A DNA stretch of 64,000 nucleotides from Candidatus Eiseniibacteriota bacterium (GTDB lineage Bacteria > Eisenbacteria > RBG-16-71-46 > CAZAMP01). The stretch covers positions 1 through 64,000 of the forward strand of contig OZ245046.1 in assembly GCA_965224245.1 (NCBI GenBank), given 5' to 3'. Numbering within the stretch: the stretch's first letter is position 1; the number at the start of each line of letters is the position of its first letter. Positions 42,661 to 53,677 of the stretch are shown piece by piece. The translations under genes were made by a program, and so were the position numbers. The notes beneath the pieces were generated by a model. That model was not told the DNA's origin. It searched no databases and saw only the letters and a program-made list of their open reading frames with translations.

Positions 42661-45147
42661 TCATCGCTGGCGTGCGCTTCGGGAGCCGTCGTTCTCTGTC
42701 GGGACGGTGGGCGGCGTGGACGTGTCCACGTTGGAGTCGGGTCGCTCGTAGACCGTCTGTCGGATGAACATGTGGGTGATGTTGCCGGCGCCGTCCTCGC
42801 GGAAGGCAATCAGCAAGCCATCGTCTCGCTGGAACAAGAGAGGCGCGATGGCGCGCGCGGGTCCTCCGCCTATCTGTAGCTCGCGCTCCCCCGAGGCCTT
42901 GATCTCGAAGGGGCTGGCCCGCCAGTAGAACCCCTCGCGACCCCTGCAGCTGTGGCAGCGGAGGGTGTTGACCCACTCGCCCGTGAAGCGATCGATCTGC
43001 ACCGGCCCGTGGTACGGCGGATCGAGCTCCAGCTCCGTCCGGGCCGGGAAGAAACGCCGCATCAACGCACTGGTCACGGCTTCGCCGAGCCGTCCATCTT
43101 CACGGTTGTAGGCGATGAAGACGCCGAGCTTCTCGGTCGGCACCAGGAACAGCAAGGCGCTGAACCCTTCCATGCTCCCGCCATGCTGTGCGACGTCCCG
43201 GTCGTTGCGACGCTCGGTGAGGAATCCAAGGCCGTAGCCCGCCAGCCGGGGATGGTTGCTGAACTGCTGGGTCAGCATCGTCGTGCAGCTCCCGGGGCTC
43301 ACGAGGGTCGCACCGGCGAGCCTGCCCTCGTCGAGCAGCGCCAGCATCAAGCGGCTCATGTCCTCCGCGGTGCTGTTCGCGGATGAAGCCGGTGTCGTGT
43401 GATGGTACTCCCAGGCCTGCGCCTCGATCTGCTCGCCGTGTCCTGCGTAGCCGATGGCGAACGAGGCGTCGCTCGATCCGGGAAGCTGGAATCCGCTGTG
43501 TTGCATCCCGAGGCGCCGGAACACGTTCGCCTCGACGTACGACGTGTAGGCCCGCCCCGATATCTTCGCGATCAGGTAGCCGGCGAGCGTGATCCCGTAC
43601 GTATCGTAGGTAGAGATCACACCGGGCGCCTGATACGCGACGAGGTTGGTGCGAAGAAACTCCCCCAGGGGCAGCATGTCGCCCGGTGCTCCGGCATGCC
43701 TGCCGTAGCCCAGCTGGTCGAAGCCTCCGGTGTGGGTGAGAAGATGCCGGAACGTCACGGGCTCACCGGATCGACTCGGGACCACGAGTTCCGGGACGAA
43801 AGAGGCCACGGGAGTGTCGAGATCGATGCGGTTGTCCTCGAGTACCTGAACCAGCGCGATGGCGGTGATGATCTTCGTGATGGATCCGAGACGGAAGATG
43901 CTGTTTCGCGGATCCGCCGGAAGCTCCGACTCCCGATCCGCCAGCCCGAATCCGCGTAGCGAGACCACGTGCCCGTCCTTGACGACCGACACCACGACCC
44001 CCGGGATCTCCATCTCGCGCATCTCGCTCTCGATCGGCGCGAGCACGGAATCCACGCTCGTCTCATCGAGCTGCACAGAAGCGGGTGGATCCCCCGGTGA
44101 TGCAGAGGGGGCCAGAATCAACATGGCCTCGACGACCAGGCCCAGGGCAAGCAACACGATCATCCTGCGCAGCCCGACAGCCTCGCGGCGCTCGCCCGTG
44201 CGCAGGATGCGACGGATCCGGGTGGCGACATCGCGTCGTCCCCCGCCCCCGGGGAACGGGGCCCACCCAGGTGCTGTAGGCATCGGAGTGCCAACGGCGA
44301 GACAAAGGAGATGTCTGGCGTACGCGGGAGCGGATTCTCCCGCGCCGAGAACGCGGTCGTCACAGGCGTGTTCCTGATCGCTCTGCATGCACCGGAGCAG
44401 CAGCCATGCCAGGGGATGAAACCACAACAGTGCGCACATCAGGCGCGCCAGCAGCTGCGTGCTCGTGTCGTGCCGTCGCAGGTGAGTCATCTCGTGGAGA
44501 AGGGTGACCCGCACGCGCGAGCGGTTCCAGCCGAGCGCCCGCTTCGGCAGCACGATCATGGCACACGGCGGTCCCCAGGCCATGGGAGTCTCGAATCGCT
44601 TCGAGACGATGAGCCGAACCCGGCGTGCCAATCCCACGGTGCGTCTGCAGTCGTCGAACAACGTCTCGAGCCAACGCTCCGATACGCAGTGGAAGCTGCG
44701 ACGCACTCGCATGATGTCGGCGATTCCGGTCATCAGGCGCAACACCAGCAGCGCGGATCCTGCTGCCCAGATCAGAAGTAGGCCCGTCGCGAAGGCTCGC
44801 GGCGACGCGAGCGCCGCGGTCGAAGGTGGTGGAACCGCCAACGTCCGACTCTTGCCGATCGCTTCAGCCGTGTAGAAGACCGCGGAGCCGACCCGGCCCG
44901 ATCTCTCGACCTGTACCGGCATCCACTGCTCGACGTCGTGCTCACGAACCCAGGGGGTGTAGCCGGGCGAGATCGTCGACGCCATGCCCAGACCGCAGAC
45001 GAGCAGGACACCGGTGAGCATCAACGCGTGCTGCCGGGCCGCGGATTCACGGCGGAGGAGGAGTCGCGCAGCCAGGACCAGCAACAGAACGAGTGTCGCT
45101 CGCATCGCGACGTCCGCGAGCCAGGCCAGGCACGCGATGGCGTTCAA
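42661..45147 (-). CDS. BlaR1-like M56 peptidase fused to a class C-type beta-lactamase/serine hydrolase domain
   Basis: M56 motifs LHEMTHLRRHD, WFHPLAW and EHACDD. C-half FRLGSITK (SxxK), LLTHTGG, YDTYG and HGG. Confidence 0.92.
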   Translation of the reverse strand: MNAIACLAWLADVAMRATLVLLLVLAARLLLRRESAARQHALMLTGVLLVCGLGMASTISPGYTPWVREHDVEQWMPVQVERSGRVGSAVFYTAEAIGKSRTLAVPPPSTAALASPRAFATGLLLIWAAGSALLVLRLMTGIADIMRVRRSFHCVSERWLETLFDDCRRTVGLARRVRLIVSKRFETPMAWGPPCAMIVLPKRALGWNRSRVRVTLLHEMTHLRRHDTSTQLLARLMCALLWFHPLAWLLLRCMQSDQEHACDDRVLGAGESAPAYARHLLCLAVGTPMPTAPGWAPFPGGGGRRDVATRIRRILRTGERREAVGLRRMIVLLALGLVVEAMLILAPSASPGDPPASVQLDETSVDSVLAPIESEMREMEIPGVVVSVVKDGHVVSLRGFGLADRESELPADPRNSIFRLGSITKIITAIALVQVLEDNRIDLDTPVASFVPELVVPSRSGEPVTFRHLLTHTGGFDQLGYGRHAGAPGDMLPLGEFLRTNLVAYQAPGVISTYDTYGITLAGYLIAKISGRAYTSYVEANVFRRLGMQHSGFQLPGSSDASFAIGYAGHGEQIEAQAWEYHHTTPASSANSTAEDMSRLMLALLDEGRLAGATLVSPGSCTTMLTQQFSNHPRLAGYGLGFLTERRNDRDVAQHGGSMEGFSALLFLVPTEKLGVFIAYNREDGRLGEAVTSALMRRFFPARTELELDPPYHGPVQIDRFTGEWVNTLRCHSCRGREGFYWRASPFEIKASGERELQIGGGPARAIAPLLFQRDDGLLIAFREDGAGNITHMFIRQTVYERPDSNVDTSTPPTVPTENDGSRSARQR

Positions 45148-45563
45148 GGTTGGCCCCTTCTTCGACGACGTCCCGGCGTCGCCTCAGCATCAGCAATCAG
45201 CCGTCGGAGGGTTTCGACCTCTTCGTCTTCCAGCTTGCCGCGTGACAGATCTGCGAGGGCGACCATCGCTTCTGCGGCCGACCCCCTGAACAGAACGTTC
45301 ACCAGGTGACGCATTGCAGAGCGTCGTGCCTGCCGGGAAGGAACGCTGGGCCGATAGATGTATCGGCCGTGCTCACTGACGTGTGTCACAAAGCCCTTGT
45401 CCTCCAGGACGCGAAGGGCGGCACGGGCGGCCGAGTAGCTGGGGAGGTCGGGAACCTCGGCCAGCACGTCGGCCGCCGAGAGCGGGCCGCGGCGGTACAG
45501 AGCATCCAGAACCTGGCGGGCTCGTTTGCCCAGCTGCTGGAGGTCGGGTCGTCTTGGAGCCAT
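45144..45563 (-). CDS. BlaI/MecI/CopY family transcriptional repressor
   Basis: QVLDALY...SYSAARAALRVLEDKGFV...GRYIYRP...LFRGS. Overlaps the M56 gene start by 4 nt. Confidence 0.92.
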   Translation of the reverse strand: MAPRRPDLQQLGKRARQVLDALYRRGPLSAADVLAEVPDLPSYSAARAALRVLEDKGFVTHVSEHGRYIYRPSVPSRQARRSAMRHLVNVLFRGSAAEAMVALADLSRGKLEDEEVETLRRLIADAEATPGRRRRRGQP

Positions 45564-45591
45564 CGGGGCCTCGGTTCGAAGGGCTGCAGGT

Positions 45592-45615
45592 TTTTGTGCA
45601 TCTGAATGCACAAAA
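45592..45615. promoter_or_regulatory. Probable BlaI-family operator palindrome
   Basis: Perfect inverted repeat TTTTGTGCAT-CTGA-ATGCACAAAA, 28 nt upstream of the repressor start. Confidence 0.75.
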
Positions 45616-45848
45616 TAGTGCAGGCGTGACGCGCGGGTCAAGCCTGGAATTCGGGTGACGTCGAGAGATGACCAGCTGCGCGGCCCATTCGGCAGGATCT
45701 CCTTGGCCGGGCTCGCTGAGATCACGCCGGCGGTCGGGTCTGGAGAGAGACATGCCGATTCTGCTTGAAACACGGTCGTTTTTTGTCCTAGCGTCCGGAG
45801 GTCGCGTCATGGACCTTCTTCGGCCAGGGGAATCCAGGAGTCCGTTGC

Positions 45849-46127
45849 GTGATTCCGACGCCGAACCACCACTACTCGGGGCTTCTCGTCACCTCGCTGC
45901 CCGGTCGTCTCAGTGCGTGCATCGACGCCCTGCAGGGACAGACCGGGATCACCGTCGGCATTCGCGATCCCGACCGCGATCGCATGATCGTCGTCCTCGA
46001 GGCTTCCTCCCGTGACCTCCTCGAGGAGCTGCATCAGCGGGTGCTGTCCTTTCCCGAGGTGATCACCGCCAATCCCGTGGTCCACTACGTGGACGACCTC
46101 ACTCAGGATTCCGTCTCCGGTGGCTGA
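45849..46127 (+). CDS. napD: Periplasmic nitrate reductase chaperone NapD
   Basis: HYSGLLV...RMIVVLEA...[12 protein letters not shown], 92 aa, directly upstream of napA. Confidence 0.85.
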   Translation: MIPTPNHHYSGLLVTSLPGRLSACIDALQGQTGITVGIRDPDRDRMIVVLEASSRDLLEELHQRVLSFPEVITANPVVHYVDDLTQDSVSGG

Positions 46128-46152
46128 TGTCCCATCGGGTCGAGGAGGACCC

Positions 46153-48912
46153 ATGTTCGAGACCATGAACCGTCGCGAGTTCATCAAGGCCGGGGTGGCC
46201 GCCGCTGCCGCCGCTACCGTGGGCCTGCCGGTTCCCGAGGGATGGGCGTCCCTCGACGGCATCCGCTGGGACAAGGGGCAGTGCCGGTTCTGCGGGGTGG
46301 GCTGCGGGATACAGATCGGCGTCGAGGACGGCAAGGTCGTGGCCGTGAAGGGAGATCCCGAGTCCCCGGTAAACCGGGGGATCCTCTGCGTCAAGGGCTA
46401 CGCGAACGCCCGCATCCCCTACGGACCGGATCGGCTCACCCGTCCTCTCCTGAGGATGAAGAACGGCGTCTACGATCACGAAGGCGATTTCTTCCCCGTG
46501 ACCTGGGAACGGGCCTTCGACGAGATGGAGAAGCAGTTCAAGCGGGTCTACGCCGCGCAGGGGCCCACCGGGGTCGGGGTGATGGGTTCCGGCCAGTACA
46601 CCATCCAGGAAGGGTACGCCGCCTCCAAGCTGGTCAAGGCCGGGTGGCGCTCAAACAACCTGGATCCCAATGCACGCCACTGCATGGCCTCGGCGGTCGC
46701 GGCGTTCATACAGACCTTCGGTATCGACGAACCCGCCGGCTGCTACGACGACATCGAGCTGACGGATGCGGTGGTCCTCTGGGGATCGAACATGGCCGAG
46801 ATGCACCCCATGCTCTGGGCCCGTATCGTCGACACGCGCCTCGCCGATCCCGACTACCGCATCGTCAATCTGAGCACGTTCTCCAACAAGAGCTCGGAGA
46901 TGGCGGACCTCGAGATCATCTTCCGTCCCAACACGGATCTCGCCATCTGGAACTACATCGCACGCGAGATCGTGGCCCGGGGTGCGGTCGATCGGGACTT
47001 CGTGGACAACCACTGCGTGCTCGCGACCGGACCCGCCGACGTCGGGTACGGCATGCGCCCCACCGACGCCTTCGCATTCGACGCCGAGAAGGACACACAG
47101 GCCCGACAGACGAAGGTGCACCTGACCCGGGAGGAAGCGATCGCGCGAGGACTCGACCCCGAAGTCGAGCACGTGCGGCCCCAGGACGATGCCGGCGCCG
47201 CGGGCAAGCACTGGCTCATCGACTTCGAGACGTTCGAGCAAGCGCTAGAGCCCTACGACCTCGACTTCGTTGCCGCGCTGTCGAGGGGTGACCCCGATGA
47301 ACCCCTGGACACCTACAAGCAGAAGCTGGAAGAGCTGGCCGGGTACTATGCCGACCGTACCCGCAAGATGGTCTCCTTCTGGACGATGGGCTTCAACCAG
47401 CACACGCGCGGAACCTGGGTCAACGAGCAGGCCTACATGGTGCATCTGCTCACCGGGCGGCAGGCGAAGCCCGGGAACGGGGCCTTTTCCCTGACCGGTC
47501 AGCCCTCGGCGTGCGGGACCGCCCGCGAGGTGGGAACGTTCGCTCATCGTCTTCCCGCGGACATGGTGGTCAACAATCCGGCCCATCGAGCCCGGACCGA
47601 GGAGCTCTGGAACCTGCCTCGGGGAACGATCAATCCCAAGGTCGGAAGTCACATCACCAAGATGATGCGAGACCTGGAGGACGGGTCGCTCGGCTGGCTG
47701 TGGGTCCAGGTCACGAACCCGTTCCAGTGCACGGCGAACGCCAATCACTGGATCGAGGGCGCCCGCCAGGAAGGCCGGTTCATCGTGGTCTCGGACGTCT
47801 ACCCCACGCTGTCCACCAAGGTCGCCGATCTCATCCTTCCCTCGGCGATGATCTTCGAGAAGTGGGGCGGCTACGGAAACTCGGAGCGGCGGACGGTTCT
47901 GTGGCGCGAACAGATCGCCCCTCCCGGCGACGCCCGCAGCGATCTCTGGCAGATCATGGAGTTCTCCAAGCGGTTCACTCTCGCCGAGGTCTGGGGCCGG
48001 AAGCCGGTTCCCGGCCTCGAGGCCGATGGCTTCGATGACGGCTTTCTCCCTGATGTCCTCTCCGACGCCGAGCAGCTCGGGTATGCCCCCGACACGACCC
48101 TGTACGACGTCCTGTTCGCGAATGCGTTCACGCGGGAGTTCTCCTGGCCGGATCCGGTGGCCGGGGATCACGAGAATCACACCGTGACCCACGCCCAGAT
48201 CGACTGGTTCCCGGAGAAGGGACTCTTCGAGGAGTATGCCCGCTTCGGCCGGGGGCACGCGCACGACCTGGCCGAGTTCGACGTGTACTACCGCGACGAC
48301 GTCCGGGGGCTCCGCTGGCCGGTGGTGAACGGCGAGGAGACTCGCTGGCGCTTCAACGAGGAGTACGATCCCTACGTCGAGCCGGGCCGAGGCTTCGATT
48401 TCTACGGCAAGGCCATGAAGTCGATCCCTCGCGGCGATCTTCGTGGGGTGACCGACCCCGCTCCGGTCTCCGTGGCGGGGAAGGCGAAGATCTTCTTCCG
48501 ACCGTACGCCGCTCCGCCGGAGAGCCCGAGTGGAGAGTTCGACCTCTGGCTCGCGACCGGCCGCGTCCTCGAGCACTGGCACTCGGGGAGCATGACCCGG
48601 CGCGTACCCGAGCTCCACAAGGCAATGCCGACCGCCCAGATCTTCATGAATCCCGCTGACGCGGAGGCCAGGGGGCTCGTACGGAACGGCCTGGCCTGGA
48701 TCGAGTCCCGCCGGGGCAAGATCCAGGCACGGGTCGAGACCACGGGGCGAAACCGGCCGCCCCGCGGCCTGGTGTTCGTGCCGTGGTTCGACGAGGGCGT
48801 GTTCATCAACCGGGTCACCCTCGATGCGACCTGCCCGATCTCGAAACAGACCGACTTCAAGAAGTGCGCGGTCAAGGTCTATCCCGCCGATGAAAAGGAG
48901 GCGTCCTCGTGA
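46153..48912 (+). CDS. napA: Periplasmic nitrate reductase catalytic subunit (long form, about 919 aa)
   Basis: Tat motif [53 protein letters not shown] and [18 protein letters not shown]. Confidence 0.98.
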   Translation: MFETMNRREFIKAGVAAAAAATVGLPVPEGWASLDGIRWDKGQCRFCGVGCGIQIGVEDGKVVAVKGDPESPVNRGILCVKGYANARIPYGPDRLTRPLLRMKNGVYDHEGDFFPVTWERAFDEMEKQFKRVYAAQGPTGVGVMGSGQYTIQEGYAASKLVKAGWRSNNLDPNARHCMASAVAAFIQTFGIDEPAGCYDDIELTDAVVLWGSNMAEMHPMLWARIVDTRLADPDYRIVNLSTFSNKSSEMADLEIIFRPNTDLAIWNYIAREIVARGAVDRDFVDNHCVLATGPADVGYGMRPTDAFAFDAEKDTQARQTKVHLTREEAIARGLDPEVEHVRPQDDAGAAGKHWLIDFETFEQALEPYDLDFVAALSRGDPDEPLDTYKQKLEELAGYYADRTRKMVSFWTMGFNQHTRGTWVNEQAYMVHLLTGRQAKPGNGAFSLTGQPSACGTAREVGTFAHRLPADMVVNNPAHRARTEELWNLPRGTINPKVGSHITKMMRDLEDGSLGWLWVQVTNPFQCTANANHWIEGARQEGRFIVVSDVYPTLSTKVADLILPSAMIFEKWGGYGNSERRTVLWREQIAPPGDARSDLWQIMEFSKRFTLAEVWGRKPVPGLEADGFDDGFLPDVLSDAEQLGYAPDTTLYDVLFANAFTREFSWPDPVAGDHENHTVTHAQIDWFPEKGLFEEYARFGRGHAHDLAEFDVYYRDDVRGLRWPVVNGEETRWRFNEEYDPYVEPGRGFDFYGKAMKSIPRGDLRGVTDPAPVSVAGKAKIFFRPYAAPPESPSGEFDLWLATGRVLEHWHSGSMTRRVPELHKAMPTAQIFMNPADAEARGLVRNGLAWIESRRGKIQARVETTGRNRPPRGLVFVPWFDEGVFINRVTLDATCPISKQTDFKKCAVKVYPADEKEASS

Positions 48913-49382
48913 ACAGAGCATGGCTGCCCGTCGTCGGGTTCGCGCTCCTGGTGGCGCTCGGCGCCGAGGGACCGGGTACCCCGCCGACCGCCGGCTCGGA
49001 CGACGGGATCCCCGACGACGTGATCGGCCTCGTTCACCGGGACATCCGGGAGGTCCCCGTTCCCGATGCCGTTTACGACAATCTCTCCGAGCCGGCCGAG
49101 CGTCCCCTCCCGGAGCGGTGGAACGACGTCTCCCCACCGGTGATCCCGCACGGCATCGCCGACTTCCTGCCCATCACGAGTGCTGACAATGGCTGTGTCG
49201 ATTGTCACGAGACCGACGACGTGACGCCCGGGGAGCCGACTCCCATTCCCGAGAGCCACTACCGGGACCTCCGGAATGCTCCCGATACCCCAGGTGACAC
49301 CATCGCCGGGGCGCGCTACGTGTGCACGTCCTGCCACGTGCCGCAGACCGACGCGAACCCGTTGCCGATGGAGCCTCGGTGA
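48909..49382 (+). CDS. napB: Diheme cytochrome c subunit NapB
   Basis: Signal peptide, PPVIPH, CVDCH, SHY and [11 protein letters not shown]. Overlaps the napA stop (GTGA). Confidence 0.93.
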   Translation: MNRAWLPVVGFALLVALGAEGPGTPPTAGSDDGIPDDVIGLVHRDIREVPVPDAVYDNLSEPAERPLPERWNDVSPPVIPHGIADFLPITSADNGCVDCHETDDVTPGEPTPIPESHYRDLRNAPDTPGDTIAGARYVCTSCHVPQTDANPLPMEPR

Positions 49383-49436
49383 TCCGGTCGGGTCGGCGAG
49401 GCCCTGCGTAACCGAACGGAAGTGAGGAGGTGCGTG

Positions 49437-50708
49437 ATGGAGGTGCGGCCTCGGTTGAACGATCCCGCCTTCCGGCCCCGGGCGCGAGACCTGGTCGCGC
49501 TCGTTCTGGTCCTCCTCGTACCCGCACGGGCCGGTGGAGAAGAAGCTCACCGGGAGGGACAGCTCCTGGAGGCGTTCCGAAACGGCACCGTCAGCATGAA
49601 TCTGCGATACCGGTTCGAAGCGGTCTGGGACGACGACGCCAGGTACACGGGCGGAGACGGCTTCGCCTCCACCCTGCGGACGGTGCTCGGCTACCGGACC
49701 GCGGGCTACCAGGGCTTCACCGCGTCGATCGAGTTCGAGAACGTCAGCGACATCGGACTCGGCGACGAGCACAACAACGTCGGTGGCCGGGGACTCGGCA
49801 ACGGGGTCCTCGACCGCCCTGGAATCCCCGACCCCGAGATCACGGAGGTCAACCAGGTCCACCTGCAGTACGACCGGATTCCCGGGACCGTGATCGACCT
49901 GGGGCGTCGCGAGGTGAGCCTCGCCAACCAGCGGTTCGTCGGGCCGGTCGGATGGCGACAGAACCATCAGTCCCTGGACGGGATCTCCGTGACCCAGAGC
50001 TCGATCCCGCGGACGCGCCTCGTCTACGCGTTCGTGCACAACGTGAACCGGATCTTCGGCGACAACCATCCCATGGCGGGGCATCTAGTGGACGTGACGA
50101 TCTCGGCAGACGATCGCGTGACCATCGGCCCCTACGTCTACTACCTCGACTACGTGCGGCCGGCCAACGCGGCGCTCTCCACCGCCACCGCGGGCATCCG
50201 GTGCATTGCCTCACTGTCCATCGACGAGACCTGGCGTCTCCCCGTCCATGCCGAGGCGGCCTGGCAAGCGGACGCGGCCGACAATCCCGGCTCCTACGAC
50301 GTCGCGTACTACCAGGCTTCCCTGGGGCTGGAGCGCGGAGTCGTCTCGTTCGGCGCCGGGTACGAGGTGCTCGGTGGCAAGAGTGGCGAAGGGGCGTTTG
50401 CCACGCCGCTCGCCACCCTCCACAAGTTCAACGGATGGGCGGACCGCTTCCTCACCACACCGGCCAACGGGCTCCGGGACGCGTCCGTCCGGGTCACGGT
50501 CAAGAGGAAAGGTGTGTCCGGGACCGTGGTCTTCCATACCTACCACGCGGACTCGGGAGGAGATACCTACGGCCAGGAGGTGGATGTCAGCGCCTCCTAC
50601 ACGACCCCCTGGAAGCAGACGCTGGCCGCGAAGCTGTCGAGCTACGACGCGGACACGCACTCCACCGACATCACCAAGCTCTGGCTGTACACCGGCTACG
50701 GCTTCTGA
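49437..50708 (+). CDS. Alginate-export-family outer-membrane beta-barrel (porin)
   Basis: LRYRFE, DPEITEVNQ, NQRFVGPVGWRQN and FATPLATLHKFNGWADRF. C-terminal YGF. Confidence 0.88.
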   Translation: MEVRPRLNDPAFRPRARDLVALVLVLLVPARAGGEEAHREGQLLEAFRNGTVSMNLRYRFEAVWDDDARYTGGDGFASTLRTVLGYRTAGYQGFTASIEFENVSDIGLGDEHNNVGGRGLGNGVLDRPGIPDPEITEVNQVHLQYDRIPGTVIDLGRREVSLANQRFVGPVGWRQNHQSLDGISVTQSSIPRTRLVYAFVHNVNRIFGDNHPMAGHLVDVTISADDRVTIGPYVYYLDYVRPANAALSTATAGIRCIASLSIDETWRLPVHAEAAWQADAADNPGSYDVAYYQASLGLERGVVSFGAGYEVLGGKSGEGAFATPLATLHKFNGWADRFLTTPANGLRDASVRVTVKRKGVSGTVVFHTYHADSGGDTYGQEVDVSASYTTPWKQTLAAKLSSYDADTHSTDITKLWLYTGYGF

Positions 50709-50953
50709 ACGACGCCCGTGCGTCGATTCGCACCGGTCGATTGTAGAAACTCCCCACAGCTCGAGACGTCGCGCGCCCCTCATCGTGACGACGAACGCCT
50801 TGAAAACAAGAGGGTTAGGGACGTACTCGCCGCGCGACATCGTCCTGGCATGGCGTTTGCGGCTAGCAGGAGTGCGAAGCGTCGTTCGTGGGAGTCGGGA
50901 TCTGCTGAACGGGGTCATCCCCGAACGACGGCTGCTGGGAGGAGGTAAGAGAC

Positions 50954-51190
50954 GTGAAGCCATTCGTTGCAGCCGGATTGGTCCTGGTCGTCATTGGACT
51001 GGCCGGCCTCGTCTTTGGTGGGATCACTTACACCAAGAGCCGTGATGCCGTGGACCTCGGGGTGGCGGAGCTCGAGGTGGAGCAGAGAGAGACGCTGGCG
51101 ATCCACCCCGTGGCGGGAGCCCTGGTGCTCTGGGGCGGCATCGTCGTGACGGCATTCGGCATCCGGCGAGCCGGGGGAGCGCGCGGGTGA
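50954..51190 (+). CDS. Small two-TM membrane protein (DUF3185-like)
   Basis: GGAGGT RBS and GLVLVVIG...GGITYTK...DLG...P...GALVLWGG. Confidence 0.8.
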   Translation: MKPFVAAGLVLVVIGLAGLVFGGITYTKSRDAVDLGVAELEVEQRETLAIHPVAGALVLWGGIVVTAFGIRRAGGARG

Positions 51191-51347
51191 GCCCTGTCGA
51201 GGGATGGGTCGATGTGAACGCCGGAGGTACCCGCGCCTGGCATCGCGATTCTCGGCCGGCGTTTCCGGAAGAATGGTGGCGGGGGGCTCCCTGGCCCGGG
51301 AGCCGCACCCGCTCGAACGTTCCACGATCAATGCCCTCACGGGCCCA

Positions 51348-53591
51348 TCACCGGATGAGGGTGGTTCGTCTCGCCGCGCTCGCGCCGTGCCCGTGCACGA
51401 GGCGGTAGTAGTACACACCCGCAGGCGCCGGTCTCCCCGCGTCGTCCCGTCCATCCCAGTCGATGTGAGCCTCACCACCGGGCGTGATCGATCCCAGTGT
51501 GATCGCTCGGATGCGACGTCCGGCCGCGTCGATGATCTCGAGACGCGCTTCGTGCAAGCCGTCGGCATCGGTGACCTGGAACGTCGTGCACGGCGTGAAC
51601 GGGTTGGGAGCGTTCGTCACGCGCGCGATGCCCGGGCCCTGCGAGACACCGGGAACCCCGACGACCGCGAGATCCTGGTACAGCTGCACACCGGCCCGTC
51701 CGTTGGCGACGACGAGCAACGAGCCGAAGGCGTGAAGCTGCGACATGTCCCCGGGTGGTGTGAAGGACCCGAGGTTGATCAGGTTGGTGGGATCCGAGAT
51801 GTCGAACACGAAGAGTTCCGGGCTCGCCACGGGATCGCCGAGGTAGGCCCGGGCCCCGCTGACCGCGACGTGGAACGGCCGGAAACCCCCTGTGGGGTTG
51901 TAGCGATCGAGCACGGTGGGATTGGTCGGGTCGCTGATGTCCAGTGTGATGAGTCCGCCCGCGAAGTCGGCGGACGTGACGAAGGCGATGTCCCCGACCA
52001 GCTGCAGATCGTGGACATCCGGAACGCTGTAGCGTGCGACCTCGACGGGCGTGGTGGGATCGGAGACGTCCACCACCCGCATTCCCAGCGTTCCATTGGC
52101 CACGAAGACGTGAGAGCCCGACACCTCGAGGTCCCACGCAATCGTGTCCAGCGTCAGCGCTCCCAGCTCGACCGGTGACGTGGGAACCGAGATGTCGAAG
52201 ATGCGGAGCCAGTACGGCTCGTTCACCACGCTCTCGATCATGTATGCGAACGATCCCTGCACCCGGACGCGCCATCCATCGCGAGCCTCGTTGAAGCCGA
52301 TCTCGACCGGCATCATCGGATCGGAGACGTCGACGATCCGCAGCCCAGCGTCGCTGTCGGCCACGTAGACCAGGTCGCCGTCCACGTCCAGGTCGCGAGC
52401 AGTCCCCGGGATGTCCAGCCGGCCGAGAAGCTCTGGACGGTCGAGGTCGGAGAGATCGAGCGCCACCAGGCCGCTGGAGGAGTATGCCACGTAGGCGACA
52501 TCGCCCACCTTGTCGACGCGGTACGCGAGCGTCATCACGTCGAAGCGGCCGATCTCGGTCGGGGAGCTCCCGTCCCCGAGCTCGATGATTCGCAGCCCTT
52601 CGTGTCCGGTGGAGACGTAGGCGAGCCCTTCCGACACCACTACGTGCTTCGGAAACCAGTCCACCGGCAGGGAGCCGACGAGCACGGGGTTGGTGGGAAC
52701 CGAGACGTCCCAGACGTGCAGCCCATCGCGGTTGACGATGTATGCCGTTCCCGCCTCTACGACGATGTCGGCGATGCCTCCCACGTTTCGGGTGCTCCAT
52801 GGCGCGAACGCGGCGTGGTGGAGATCCAGAATGTACAGGAAGCTGCCATAGCCGACGTAGGCGACGTCGGAGTCGCCGAACGTCGCGCCGGCGCCGAAGT
52901 CGAACTCGCGGGAGCCGGAGGTGTTCAGGGTTCCATCGGGGTTGATCTTGATCCGCTGGTAGCGCTGCGCGCCGGTGGAGTGGATCTGCCCGTCCTGGGA
53001 GACGTAGATGTCGTGAGACGGGTTACCCATGGATCCGTTGAACGCGACCTCCACCGGATTGGCGGGATCGGATACGTCGAGCGAGTGGACGTAGCCGTAG
53101 GAGCACTCGACGATCGCGTAGTCCCCGAACACGTCCACACCCCGCACGGGGACCTCGGTTCCGACATAGATCACTTCGGTGCACGCAATGAGGGCGGGAG
53201 ACACCGGTGTCGACACGTCCCAGATCTCGAGACCTCCTTCTCCGCAGGCCGCGTAGAGCTGCTGGTCGGAGACGTCGTAGAAGAGATCCGCGATCAGCCC
53301 GCCCGTGCGGAGGTCGTCCGAGACCAGCAGTGGAGTCGTCGGATCGGCGACGTCGATGGTCAGCACCGCCCCGCCGGAGGCCAGGAAGACGAGATCGCGG
53401 ACCGGATCCACGTCCACGGCCAGCGATGAGCCGTAGGGCCAGGCTCCCAGCGCCTCGAGGCCCGCCGGTGGTGGCGTGCGGTAGAGGCACGTCGCGTCCC
53501 CATTGCTCCGCGTCGTGGCAACGGGGAGAAGTGCGGTTGTGACGAGTGCACTCAGTACGATCATCCGTGGTGTTCGGTCGTGTCGAAGCAT
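51348..53591 (-). CDS. Secreted LVIVD-repeat protein with FlgD-Ig C-terminal domain
   Basis: Many YVA...GLRIVDVSDPxxPVE repeats. C-terminus APNPF...WDGRDDAG...GVYYY...TTLIR. Confidence 0.92.
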   Translation of the reverse strand: MLRHDRTPRMIVLSALVTTALLPVATTRSNGDATCLYRTPPPAGLEALGAWPYGSSLAVDVDPVRDLVFLASGGAVLTIDVADPTTPLLVSDDLRTGGLIADLFYDVSDQQLYAACGEGGLEIWDVSTPVSPALIACTEVIYVGTEVPVRGVDVFGDYAIVECSYGYVHSLDVSDPANPVEVAFNGSMGNPSHDIYVSQDGQIHSTGAQRYQRIKINPDGTLNTSGSREFDFGAGATFGDSDVAYVGYGSFLYILDLHHAAFAPWSTRNVGGIADIVVEAGTAYIVNRDGLHVWDVSVPTNPVLVGSLPVDWFPKHVVVSEGLAYVSTGHEGLRIIELGDGSSPTEIGRFDVMTLAYRVDKVGDVAYVAYSSSGLVALDLSDLDRPELLGRLDIPGTARDLDVDGDLVYVADSDAGLRIVDVSDPMMPVEIGFNEARDGWRVRVQGSFAYMIESVVNEPYWLRIFDISVPTSPVELGALTLDTIAWDLEVSGSHVFVANGTLGMRVVDVSDPTTPVEVARYSVPDVHDLQLVGDIAFVTSADFAGGLITLDISDPTNPTVLDRYNPTGGFRPFHVAVSGARAYLGDPVASPELFVFDISDPTNLINLGSFTPPGDMSQLHAFGSLLVVANGRAGVQLYQDLAVVGVPGVSQGPGIARVTNAPNPFTPCTTFQVTDADGLHEARLEIIDAAGRRIRAITLGSITPGGEAHIDWDGRDDAGRPAPAGVYYYRLVHGHGASAARRTTLIR

Positions 53592-53677
53592 GGGTTCCTC
53601 CAGTCCCGCACCAAGCGTGCGACCATCCCGGCTGGACGACCCGCCCGTGGACCGGGCAGGTCGCCACCTGGCCACGA

